Shown here piece by piece: positions 8,428 through 16,422 of a stretch of 32,000 bases of DNA (positions are counted from its first letter, which is position 1; each line of letters opens with the position of its first letter). This DNA comes from Thermofilum pendens Hrk 5 (GTDB lineage: Archaea; Thermoproteota; Thermoprotei; Thermofilales; Thermofilaceae). The notes below the pieces were generated by a model that worked only from the letters and a program-made list of their open reading frames with translations, was not told where the DNA came from and ran no database searches. The translations under genes and the position numbers were made by a program. The DNA is taken from contig NC_008698.1 of the NCBI RefSeq assembly GCF_000015225.1, forward strand, positions 630,001 to 662,000, in the 5' to 3' direction.

Positions 8428-9105
8428 CTACAGCAGTAGTGACTTGTACTTTGTCGACGAGTAGTCATTCAGTCTTTTGTCTAGCACTTTTATCTCTACG
8501 TTTAGCCCGGCTTCCTGAACAGCCTTCTCAACGATAGGTAGAAGCCCTCCCTGATCTGCACCCAGGAACACTATGTCCGGTTTAACCCTTCTAAGAGCGT
8601 TTGCGAAGTTCGGGGGATAGTCTCCCAGAAACGCATCGGAGACAAACTTGAGCGCTTTAAGCATTTCTAATCGTTCTTCCTCCGAAAACAAGGGTTGCCT
8701 ACCTTTTGTGTCGATAACCGTCTTGTCGCGTGCTACCACCACGTATACGTTGCCCAGCTCGCTGGCCCTCCTAAGAAAGTAAATGTGTCCTGGGTGTAGC
8801 AGGTCGAAGACTCCTCCTACCAGAACTCTTTTCCGGCGAGAAGGCACTGAGGGCCATTCGAACGTAACCCTCCCAAGGAATCTTAGAGCGTCGAGCAACC
8901 CTTCGGCGTAGGAGGAACAGGCAATCGATGTTTCACAGTCACCCTTTTCCAAGTAGAACCTTGCGTCACTGACATAGCCTCTTACAAGTCGCAGTGTTTC
9001 CTCGACCCCACCTTCTGGAAGAACCACCTTCAGGCTCTCTAAGGCTCTCTCCACGTTGGCGATGTACCGCTCTGCTTTTTCTTCGCATTTACCTTCGCGT
9101 TCCAC
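8428..9105 (-). CDS. ribL: FAD synthase RibL-type nucleotidyltransferase with N-terminal DUF357-like domain
   Basis: 225 aa. The C-terminal half (GGVFDLLHPGHIYFLRRA..VVVARDKTV..KGRQPLFSEEERLEML) resembles archaeal RibL in the cytidylyltransferase family. The N-terminal ~90 aa helical domain resembles DUF357. The first 67 nt overlap the 3' end of dph5. Confidence 0.75.
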   Translation of the reverse strand: MEREGKCEEKAERYIANVERALESLKVVLPEGGVEETLRLVRGYVSDARFYLEKGDCETSIACSSYAEGLLDALRFLGRVTFEWPSVPSRRKRVLVGGVFDLLHPGHIYFLRRASELGNVYVVVARDKTVIDTKGRQPLFSEEERLEMLKALKFVSDAFLGDYPPNFANALRRVKPDIVFLGADQGGLLPIVEKAVQEAGLNVEIKVLDKRLNDYSSTKYKSLLL

Positions 9106-9902
9106 GACTTAAACACCTCGACAGGTCTTCCAGTCTTGTAGTGTAAGAAATCTATTTCGGAGTCGTGAAGCTCGCCCGGCACGATCAAGGTGTGAGGAGC
9201 GTTTCCCAGGTCTGCGTTAATGGCCTCAGAGATCCTTCCCGCGAATACCTTCTCGTCCTCGGCAGTCGCCCTAGCAACGCCTATAACGAGAGTATTCTCG
9301 TCTACGACGTTTTCCTGAAACCTCTCCTCTAACCTCAGTAACAGTTCGCTAGCTTCGCGGAAAAGCATGTACCTCCCCTCGTCAGCCCTTATGTCCAATA
9401 GAAAGATCGTATGGAGTCCTCTTGAAACATTGTCCTTTAGAACGCTGTACGGTGTATACGGGTAGTTCTTCAGAGATGGGTCCTCCGGAAACACCAAGCT
9501 CACCACACGCCCGAACTTGTACACGTGCAGCCCCGTAGAGGCTATGATACCGTCGATAATTGAGGGAGCCGGTAGCACCCTAACCTTGATGCCTCTTTTC
9601 GCAGCCTCCACGACTATTGAGGAATGCGTCGTCGCGATTAGTGGATTCCCGATGGTTAACAGCAAAGCTTTACCTCGTGCGGCTACCTCCAGTACAGTCC
9701 TAGCGCTTTCATCCTCTAAGTCTTTCCTAGTTACCAGCTTGACCCCCCGCCCCAGCACGCTGACAAGGTCCTCTACACGGAGCCCCGGTGACACACTCGT
9801 ATAGGTTTCGAGAAAAATCTCGTCAGCATCCTCAGCTTCTCTTAAAAGCCCTACAGAAATATCTCGCGTACCGCAGAGCCCAAGCCCAGCAACTACGAGC
9901 AT
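9039..9902 (-). CDS. dph5: Diphthine synthase
   Basis: 287 aa. It starts MLVVAGLGL... and shows the tetrapyrrole-methylase fold pattern (LLTIGNPLIATTH, HTLIVPG). The C-terminal tail is longer than usual and overlaps ribL. Confidence 0.92.
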   Translation of the reverse strand: MLVVAGLGLCGTRDISVGLLREAEDADEIFLETYTSVSPGLRVEDLVSVLGRGVKLVTRKDLEDESARTVLEVAARGKALLLTIGNPLIATTHSSIVVEAAKRGIKVRVLPAPSIIDGIIASTGLHVYKFGRVVSLVFPEDPSLKNYPYTPYSVLKDNVSRGLHTIFLLDIRADEGRYMLFREASELLLRLEERFQENVVDENTLVIGVARATAEDEKVFAGRISEAINADLGNAPHTLIVPGELHDSEIDFLHYKTGRPVEVFKSWNAKVNAKKKQSGTSPTWREP

Positions 9903-10038
9903 ATACTTCTCCCCCTCTTTTTCACGATTTCTTCTATTGATAGCTTGCTGAACTGTAATATCTTGCGACTGTTAAGTCTTCTGGCAACAATGCTAACTGT
10001 CACGAGTCTCTGTGAAGAAAAACCGAGTCACGATATTC

Positions 10039-11022
10039 CTACTTCTTAGATACGGGGAGCTTTATGTCGAGTTTTTTAACTAGCTCCTTGTACCTATTCC
10101 TCACGGTGACCTCAGTGACCTTGGCTGCCCTCGCAACCTCCTTTTGTGTCCGCATCTCTCCGTTCTGAAGCGCCGCGATATATATCGCGGCGGCCGCCAG
10201 CCCGGCGGGGTCCTTACCAGCGGTTAGACCAGCGTTTCTGGCCTGGTCGATTATCTCCATTGCTCTCTTGATCGTAGCTCCGGAGAGGCGTAGCAGGGAA
10301 CCTATTCTCGGCACGAAGTCGGCGGCGTTGGGTAGGGGCACCTTTAAGGATGCCTCTCTCAAGAGCAACCTATAGCACCGAGCGACGTCCTTCCTGCCTG
10401 CTCTGGTGTAGAGCGCTATCTCGTCAAGCGTCCTCGGAAGCCGCATCTCTCTGCATGCTGCATAGACCGCTGCTGCCATCACGGACTCGATCGATCTTCC
10501 GCGTACCAGGTTACTGTCCAGTGCGCTCTTGTATATGTCGAGAGCCCTGTCCAGGACTGCTTTGGGAAGACCCAGCTGTGCTCCCAGCCTCTCAAGCTCT
10601 ATCACTGCCTGGGCGAGGTTTCTCTCCATTGAGCTCTGAGCTCTGGCGCGTACCTGCCACTTCCTAAGCCGTAGCATCTCGATTCTCTTCCTAAGGCTTA
10701 TCTCCCGGCCCGCAGCGTCCCGTCCACCCCAGTCTATATCTGTGACAAGGCTTTCAACACCATACCTGGAGATCGGGGCTCCTACCCTGCTTCTCTTCTC
10801 CCTCTCCTCTGGAGTGAATGCCCTCCACTCCGCTCCTTGGTCAATCTCCCTTTCGCTCATCACGTAGCCGCAATTCGCGCATATAATCTCCCCTCTCGTA
10901 GCATCGTAGATTAGCCTGGTGCTCCCGCAGTTAGGGCATCGTAGCTCTCTTTCTTCCTCAGAATCCTCCGGATTAACGTTCTCTTTTCTTTCCTCAACCA
11001 TACTCTCACGCCCGAAACCCAT
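10039..11022 (-). CDS. tfb: Transcription initiation factor IIB (TFB)
   Basis: A zinc ribbon ([26 protein letters not shown]), the B-reader/linker and two cyclin folds are present. An alternative leaderless start is the ATG at 11001, 24 nt downstream of a GGTTTAAAT box at 11029-11021 (minus strand). Confidence 0.96.
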   Translation of the reverse strand: MGFGRESMVEERKENVNPEDSEEERELRCPNCGSTRLIYDATRGEIICANCGYVMSEREIDQGAEWRAFTPEEREKRSRVGAPISRYGVESLVTDIDWGGRDAAGREISLRKRIEMLRLRKWQVRARAQSSMERNLAQAVIELERLGAQLGLPKAVLDRALDIYKSALDSNLVRGRSIESVMAAAVYAACREMRLPRTLDEIALYTRAGRKDVARCYRLLLREASLKVPLPNAADFVPRIGSLLRLSGATIKRAMEIIDQARNAGLTAGKDPAGLAAAAIYIAALQNGEMRTQKEVARAAKVTEVTVRNRYKELVKKLDIKLPVSKK

Positions 11023-11132
11023 TTAAACCTTTCCAATTAGTCTTCGCCGAAGCAGTATTTAAATATTTCGCTAACTTTAAGTTTCACCATGAAGCCTCAC
11101 CAACACTGTCTACGTACGCGCGGTGAAAAGCG

Positions 11133-11534
11133 TCAGGACAGCCTGCCGGTCGATCGCCTTAAGAAGAGCACCTCAACCCCAGCTTGCAAAGCGTTTTTCT
11201 TAAGATTTCTATCGGCCGTGGCGAGTATGTAACCTTCCTTAAAGGCTAGGTTCACCAGGGATTTATCGACGTCTTTTCCGACCTCACAGTCAAGAACTTC
11301 GAAGAGCTTTGGATGCCTTTTCAAAACCTCTTCCAGAAGTTTCAGTGCTAGCTTGGCTCTTCTTGCCTTCGCCCCACGCGAGCTAAGCGAGAGATGTTTG
11401 AGCTCGCTTAGCACCGCGCTCGGAACAACCACGCGGCACACGTCTTCTCTCTCGAAAAGTACGTCCAGCAGGTCTAAGCCTTTCTCTGCAAGATACATGA
11501 ACACGCTTGTATCTACTAGTACTTTTTTACACAT
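11133..11534 (-). CDS. PIN-domain nuclease, Fcf1/Utp24-like (COG1412-type)
   Basis: 133 aa. Acidic PIN residues are in context (VLVDTSVF, VPSAVLSELK, ILATADRNL), and the single-domain size is typical of the conserved archaeal Fcf1-like family. Confidence 0.75.
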   Translation of the reverse strand: MCKKVLVDTSVFMYLAEKGLDLLDVLFEREDVCRVVVPSAVLSELKHLSLSSRGAKARRAKLALKLLEEVLKRHPKLFEVLDCEVGKDVDKSLVNLAFKEGYILATADRNLKKNALQAGVEVLFLRRSTGRLS

Positions 11535-11792
11535 TGCGCGCGGCTGTAACTACGACTAGGTGCGGATATAAGGCTTGCCCACGCGTGAGCATTTGCCTAA
11601 CGCGCTGTGACATCGCTCAACCTGTGAGGATAAAAAGGGTTTTTTCGGCTCCAAATCCTCGCCTCCATCAGTTTCGAAGCCTCCCCGACCTATCTCATCG
11701 CGGTTCTCTTTGCCCTTGCTTTCGCCTGCGCAGCACTCAGCGCGCACTCCCCGTCCTCCCCGACTTGTGCGCGTGGAGAAACGGGCTTCCGC

Positions 11793-11840
11793 GTTTACAA
11801 ACTTGGGAGAAAGAAGAAGGGAAAAAGAAGGTTTTTAAGG
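11793..11840. repeat. 48-nt GTTTACAAAC/purine-rich motif (copy 1)
   Basis: The first 21 nt of GTTTACAAACTTGGGAGAAAGAAGAAGGGAAAAAGAAGGTTTTTAAGG match 17950-17970 at 20/21. The last ~20 nt match 18009-18029 (GGAGAAAAAGGGGTTTTTA). Confidence 0.7.
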
Positions 11841-12044
11841 TTACTTCGCGCACGAGCGTTAAGGGCATGCTTCTGGGTAATAACTTGAATTTATAACGTA
11901 TACTAGGATCCCCGCGCGCCTTAATAACGTTGCTATTTTACAAATATGTCCAGCGTGTTTTTTACTAAGGTCATTGGCTACCTCTGAAGCATATTCGCGG
12001 TAATTAATTTATTTAAGTATTAAGGATTTTCCTAGGCGCCGCAA

Positions 12045-13403
12045 ATGACTCTCAGAGGTAAACGTGTCAAAGCGATTATAATGGGGGCGGCGGGCCGGGA
12101 CTTCCACAACTTTAACGTTCTCTTCCGGAATAACCCCGAGTACGAAATTGTAGCATTTACAGCGGCACAAATACCTTTTATTGACAACAGAGTATACCCG
12201 CCGGAGCTTGCCGGCGAGCTGTATCCTAACGGTATACCCATATACCCGGAAAGCATGCTAGAGGAACTCATAAAGAAATTCGGCGTTGAAAAAGTTTTCC
12301 TGTCCTACAGCGACCTGACGGCAGAGGAGGTCGCTGAGAAGGCTGGGCGCGTAGTAGCGGCGGGCGCCGAGTTTGTTCTGCCCGGAGTCTACGAGACGAT
12401 GATCTCTTCTCGGAAGCCGGTCATAGCTGTTACAGCTTCTAGAACAGGCGCCGGGAAGAGCACTGTTAGCAGGAGGGTAGCGAGAGTACTAAGAGAGCTG
12501 GGCGTAAGGTTCGTCGTAGTGAGGCACCCGATGCCTTACGGGGACTTGTTAAAGTCTGCTGTACAGCGTTTTGCCTCCTTGGAGGATCTCGAGAGGTACA
12601 ACTGCACGATAGAAGAGAGGGAGGAGTACGAGCCTCACATAGAGTCTGGCAACGTCGTCTATGCGGGCGTCGACTACGAAGCTATACTTCGAAGGGCGGA
12701 GGAGGAGGCCGACCTGGTGCTGTGGGACGGGGGGAACAACGACTGGCCCTTCTATAAACCGGATCTCTACATCACAGTTGTTGACCCGACTAGACCGAAG
12801 GACGTCGTGTCTTCGTACCCGGGCTATGTAAACGTCAGGCTCGCAGACGTGATAGTGGTTAACAAGGTTAACGTGGTAAGCCCGGAGAGCGTAGACCTTG
12901 TTGAGAAGAGTGTCCGAAGGATAAACGAGCGGGCAGTGATAGTAAGAGCGAAGTCGGAGCTCTACGTGGATAAACCGGAGCTTATCCGTGGTAAACGCGT
13001 GCTTGTAGTAGAGGACGGACCCACCGTTACGCACGGAGGTTTAAGCGTAGCGGCAGGCTACTATGCCGCCGTGAAGTACGGAGCACGAGAGGTAGTCGAT
13101 CCGAGGCCCTACGCTGTAGGCACCATTAAAGATGCCTACGAGAAATACACGCACATCGGACCCGTACTCCCAGCGCTGGGGTACAGCCAGCAGCAGTTAA
13201 GGGACTTAGAGAAAACGATAAACTCCGTGCAAGCTGATACAATAGTTTTAGGAACTCCGAGCAACCTCTTGCTCTACCTCAACGTGAATAAGCCCGCAGT
13301 GAGAGTAAGGTACGAATTGGAGGAAATCTCCAAACCGGACCTCCGCGACATATTGGTGAATTTCGTCGAGAAGAAAATCCCGTCGGCACGCGCGAGAGCT
13401 TAA
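12045..13403 (+). CDS. COG2403-family P-loop protein (annotated in databases as predicted GTPase or cyclic 2,3-diphosphoglycerate synthase-like)
   Basis: 452 aa. The N-terminus IMGAAGRDFHNFNVLFRNNPEYEIVAFTAAQIP, the P-loop SRTGAGKST and the motif RHPMPYGD fit this family as I recall it. An AT-rich TATA region lies about 29 nt upstream. Confidence 0.7.
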   Translation: MTLRGKRVKAIIMGAAGRDFHNFNVLFRNNPEYEIVAFTAAQIPFIDNRVYPPELAGELYPNGIPIYPESMLEELIKKFGVEKVFLSYSDLTAEEVAEKAGRVVAAGAEFVLPGVYETMISSRKPVIAVTASRTGAGKSTVSRRVARVLRELGVRFVVVRHPMPYGDLLKSAVQRFASLEDLERYNCTIEEREEYEPHIESGNVVYAGVDYEAILRRAEEEADLVLWDGGNNDWPFYKPDLYITVVDPTRPKDVVSSYPGYVNVRLADVIVVNKVNVVSPESVDLVEKSVRRINERAVIVRAKSELYVDKPELIRGKRVLVVEDGPTVTHGGLSVAAGYYAAVKYGAREVVDPRPYAVGTIKDAYEKYTHIGPVLPALGYSQQQLRDLEKTINSVQADTIVLGTPSNLLLYLNVNKPAVRVRYELEEISKPDLRDILVNFVEKKIPSARARA

Positions 13404-13461
13404 TCCTCCGTGTGAGAGTGTGAACAGAAGGGCGTCCTGGATCGATTTTTCTTCGCCTTAA

Positions 13462-13610
13462 CTGCTTTGCACGCCCGCACGCCTCCTGGAACGCTTGAAG
13501 AAAGCACGAGACAAAGTACTCAAAAAAACTGGAGTCAGAAGGTTAAGGAAATAGGCCAACAGGAAACAGGTGTCCGGCCTCCTTCCCCCCAGCCTCCTTG
13601 TCAAGCACGG
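13462..13610 (+). pseudogene. Start-less relic of the 3' end (31 codons plus 3' flank) of a paralogue of ORF 18295-19722
   Basis: The frame is open only over 13462-13554. It reads ..TPAR-LLERLKKARDKVLKKTGVRRLRK*, against ..HPARPSVERLLERLKKARERALRKLGDQDAKE* at 19627-19722. The downstream CCGGCCTCCTTCCCCCC..CCTCCTTGT block parallels 19741-19760. Confidence 0.6.
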
Positions 13611-13629
13611 CACGGGTTGCGCATAAAAG

Positions 13630-13639
13630 CTTATAAATA
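13630..13639 (+). promoter_or_regulatory. TATA box for tRNA-Pro
   Basis: CTTATAAATA, preceded by a purine-rich BRE-like GCATAAAAG, is centred about 32 nt upstream of tRNA position 1. Confidence 0.5.
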
Positions 13640-13666
13640 CGCGAAAAGTGTAATGAGCATACGTCC

Positions 13667-13802
13667 GGGGCCGTAGTCTAGCTTGGTAGGATAGGCTTCC
13701 CTAAAGCCAGCCTGGGGGTGTACCCCGTGACCGGACCGCTGGAGCGCGCGGTTCGCCGCGCGTAGCGAGTGGTCCCGGGTTCAAATCCCGGCGGCCCCAC
13801 CA
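13667..13802 (+). tRNA. tRNA-Pro(GGG) with three putative introns (25/26, 37/38, 43/44); CCA encoded
   Basis: Hand fold: acceptor GGGGCCG/CGGCCCC, D arm GTCT-AGCTTGGTA-GGAT, anticodon arm CCAGC-CUGGGGC-GCUGG, variable loop TGGTC, T arm CCGGG-TTCAAAT-CCCGG. The inserts are 13693-13705 (13 nt), 13718-13736 (19 nt) and 13743-13769 (27 nt). Each is bounded by 3-nt bulges flanking a 4-bp helix. The mature length is 77 nt. Confidence 0.8.
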
Positions 13803-13895
13803 CGTTACATAAATTCTTCGGCGTGTTTACACGTAAAGGAAAAACTGAACTCGAAAAAAATTCATAAGGGTGGAGGCTGAGTTAACTACCGGAAA

Positions 13896-13983
13896 GCGGG
13901 GGTGCCCGAGCTAGGACAAAGGGGGCGGACTTAGGCTCCGCTGGCGAAGGCCTGCCCGGGTTCGAATCCCGGCCCCCGCACCA
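13896..13983 (+). tRNA. tRNA-Leu(TAG), class II, no intron; CCA encoded
   Basis: Acceptor GCGGGGG/CCCCCGC, anticodon arm GCGGA-CTTAGGC-TCCGC, a long variable arm, and T arm CCGGG-TTCGAAT-CCCGG. Confidence 0.95.
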
Positions 13984-14039
13984 CTTCTTTGGTTTAGCAT
14001 ATGTTCCTTGGAACTCGGAACCGCTTCTTGCGCGAAAAG

Positions 14040-14049
14040 TTTTTATAGA
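14040..14049 (+). promoter_or_regulatory. TATA box of the thermosome gene
   Basis: TTTTTATAGA follows AAAAG. The predicted transcription start site (TSS) is near 14071, giving a ~37-nt leader that contains GGAGGTG (14096-14102) 5 nt before the ATG at 14108. Confidence 0.5.
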
Positions 14050-14107
14050 AGCGATAATTAAAGCCTTGAAGGCGAAAGAAGGTATGGCATCTATAGGAGG
14101 TGGTGGT

Positions 14108-15769
14108 ATGGCATCGGTGGCACAACTAGGAGGAGTTCCAGTGTTGATCCTGAAAGAGGGTACTTCGCGCCAGGCCGGGCGCGAAGCGCTTCACCTCAAC
14201 ATAATGATCGCGAAAGCAGTCGCGGAGACCGTCAAGACTACGCTAGGTCCTAAAGGCATGGATAAGATGCTTATCGACACTCTCGGAGACATAACGGTCT
14301 CCAACGACGGTGCAACAATCCTAGACGAGATGGACGTACAGCACCCGATCGCTAAGCTGATGGTCGAGGTAGCAAAAGCACAGGACAAAGAAGTCGGAGA
14401 CGGCACTACGACCGCTGTTGTGCTGACAGGAGAACTTCTAAAGGAGGCCGAGAAGCTCCTCGAAAAGAACATACACCCAACAATAATCGTCAGCGGCTAC
14501 AAGAAGGCTGCGGAGAAGGCCCGCGAAATTCTGGCCTCCAAGGCGATAAAGGTAGACCTTAACGACACGGAGACCTTGAAGAAAGTAGCAGCGACGTCCA
14601 TGCGGAGTAAGGCGGTAGCCGCCCTAAGGGACTACTTCGCAGACATAGCGGTTAAAGCCGTTAAACAGGTAGCCGAGGTAGTTAACGGCAAGTATGTCGT
14701 TGATATCGACAACATTCAGATAATCAAGAAGAAGGGAGGAGCATTCCTGGATACACAGCTCATATACGGCATAGTCGTCGACAAGGAGGTTGTGCACCCG
14801 GGTATGCCTAAGAGGGTTACGAACGCGAAGATAGCCCTTCTAGACGCCCCGCTGGAAGTAGAGAAGACGGAGATAGACGCGGAGATTAGGATCTCCTCGC
14901 CGGACCAGATGCACCAGTTCCTCGAGGAGGAGGAGAAGATACTCAGAGACATGGTCGAGAAGATTAAGGAGAGTGGTGCTAATGTTGTTTTCTGTCAGAA
15001 GGGTATTGATGATGTTGCTCAGTACTACTTGGCTAAGGCTGGTATTCTTGCTGTTAGGCGTGTGAAGAAGAGTGATATGGAGAAGCTTGCTAGGGCTACT
15101 GGTGCTAGGATTCTTACTAGGGTTGAGGATATTACGCCTGAGGCTCTCGGTAGGGCTGAGCTTGTGGAGGAGAGGAAGGTTGCAGACGAGAAGATGGTAT
15201 TCGTCGAGGGATGCCCCAACCCCAAGAGCGTAACAATACTAGTAAGAGGAGGCTTTGAGAGGGCTGTCGACGAGGCCGAGAGATCCATAAAGGATGCGCT
15301 CTACGCGGTGGCAGACGTGCTGAAGCATCCCTACATAGTGCCTGGAGGCGGAGCGATCGAGGCTGAGCTCGCGAGGGAGCTTCGAAAGTACGCTCCGGAG
15401 GTCGGAGGAAAGGAGCAGCTCGCGATAGAAGCATTTGCGAACGCCCTGGAAAGCATACCAAGGACTCTCGCCGAGAACTCCGGCCTAGACCCCATAGACA
15501 TAATTGCGGACCTGAGAGCGGCGCACGAGGATCCCTCGAAGTGGAGCTACGGTGTTGACGTCGTAAACGGTGGAGTAACCGACATGATCGCACTCGGAGT
15601 CTTCGAGCCGGCAACCGTCAAGGACCATGCAATAAAGGTAGCGACGGAGGCTGCAGCAATGATACTGAGGATCGACGACATAATCTCCGCGTCTAAACTG
15701 GAAGAGAAGAAGGGCGAAAAGGAAAAGAAGGAGGAGAAGGAGGAAGAAAAGTCCTCTGAGTTCGACTAA
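14108..15769 (+). CDS. ths: Thermosome subunit (group II chaperonin)
   Basis: Motifs [19 protein letters not shown] and VPGGGA are present, with a K/E-rich C-terminal tail. The ORF is open from TTG 14066, but the SD-preceded ATG at 14108 gives the family-typical N-terminus [19 protein letters not shown]. Confidence 0.96.
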   Translation: MASVAQLGGVPVLILKEGTSRQAGREALHLNIMIAKAVAETVKTTLGPKGMDKMLIDTLGDITVSNDGATILDEMDVQHPIAKLMVEVAKAQDKEVGDGTTTAVVLTGELLKEAEKLLEKNIHPTIIVSGYKKAAEKAREILASKAIKVDLNDTETLKKVAATSMRSKAVAALRDYFADIAVKAVKQVAEVVNGKYVVDIDNIQIIKKKGGAFLDTQLIYGIVVDKEVVHPGMPKRVTNAKIALLDAPLEVEKTEIDAEIRISSPDQMHQFLEEEEKILRDMVEKIKESGANVVFCQKGIDDVAQYYLAKAGILAVRRVKKSDMEKLARATGARILTRVEDITPEALGRAELVEERKVADEKMVFVEGCPNPKSVTILVRGGFERAVDEAERSIKDALYAVADVLKHPYIVPGGGAIEAELARELRKYAPEVGGKEQLAIEAFANALESIPRTLAENSGLDPIDIIADLRAAHEDPSKWSYGVDVVNGGVTDMIALGVFEPATVKDHAIKVATEAAAMILRIDDIISASKLEEKKGEKEKKEEKEEEKSSEFD

Positions 15770-15770
15770 A

Positions 15771-15790
15771 TTTTTCCTCTCTTTTCTTCT
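15771..15790 (+). terminator. Oligo-T/pyrimidine tract after the thermosome gene
   Basis: TTTTTCCTCTCTTTTCTTCT begins immediately after the TAA stop. This is the archaeal intrinsic terminator type. Confidence 0.5.
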
Positions 15791-15831
15791 ACTCGTAAAA
15801 GCAAGTTTTTTAAGGGTTTAGGCTTTCTCTC

Positions 15832-16422
15832 ATGATGCAAAGTAGCGGTGTACGGTCGAAGTTCCTTATACTAGTCACCGGTATGCCGGGAGCTGGTAAA
15901 ACAGTGTTCTCGCGCGTAGCCTCCTCAATGGGCGTACCGGTGCTAAGCATGGGAGACGTTGTTCGAAGCTACGCTGCTGAACGAGGTCTCCCCATGAACG
16001 ATGCGAGTCTTGGCAAGATCTCTCTGGAGCTTCGGGAAAAGTTCGGGCGAGCGGTAATAGCCGAGAGAACATTTGAGAGATTAGCTTCCATAGATCAAGG
16101 CGTAGTCGTGATTGAAGGGTTGAGGAACTTGGAGGAGCTGTTCTACTTTAGGGAAAGGGCTTCCGAGGCGTACTTGGTCGCTATTCACGCTTCCCAGAAG
16201 ACGAGGTACGAGAGGCTGAGAAAAAGAGGGAGAAAGGACGATCCGCTTAAATGGGAAGAGTTCTTGGAGAGGGATCTTAGAGAGCTCAGCGTGGGTCTCG
16301 GGTCTGTTATAGCTCTTGCCGACATAATGCTGGTAAACGAGGGAAAAACCGAGGAGGAGTTCGAGGAGGAATGCAGGGAAGCTTTGCAGAAATTGCTAGC
16401 GCGCGCAGAGGGGTTGCGATGA
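15832..16422 (+). CDS. P-loop nucleotide kinase-like protein (UPF0200/dephospho-CoA-kinase-like family)
   Basis: 196 aa with Walker A GMPGAGKT near the N-terminus and an adenylate-kinase-like size. The stop overlaps the next start (ATGA at 16419-16422). Confidence 0.65.

Noticed and set aside
9903-10038. 136-nt dph5-tfb spacer, inspected for a C/D or H/ACA sRNA (TGATAG, CTGA, GTGAAGA fragments)
   Set aside because: The boxes are not in the canonical order or spacing on either strand. The spacer most likely holds only the dph5 promoter and the tfb terminator.
11556-11747. 63-aa ORF ending 22 nt upstream of the PIN gene, considered as a possible VapB antitoxin
   Set aside because: The sequence is Gly/Cys/Glu-rich and low-complexity, with no RHH/AbrB/MazE-like pattern. 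The PIN protein looks like the conserved housekeeping Fcf1-type, which is not part of a toxin-antitoxin pair.
13467-13676. 69-aa ORF upstream of tRNA-Pro
   Set aside because: It runs through the tRNA promoter into the tRNA itself. It is also in a different frame from the recognisable family relic (13462-13554).
13462-13802. SSV-type integrase partitioning or att site at tRNA-Pro as an explanation for the gene fragment
   Set aside because: The relic shares no sequence with the tRNA. No direct repeat of tRNA 3' sequence is present in the window, and the parent protein shows no tyrosine-recombinase R..HxxR..Y pattern.
15132-15614. 160-aa Arg/Pro/Ser-rich minus-strand ORF, plus the other ORFs inside 14191-15288
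   Set aside because: These are antisense shadow frames within the thermosome gene. They are low-complexity with no motifs.
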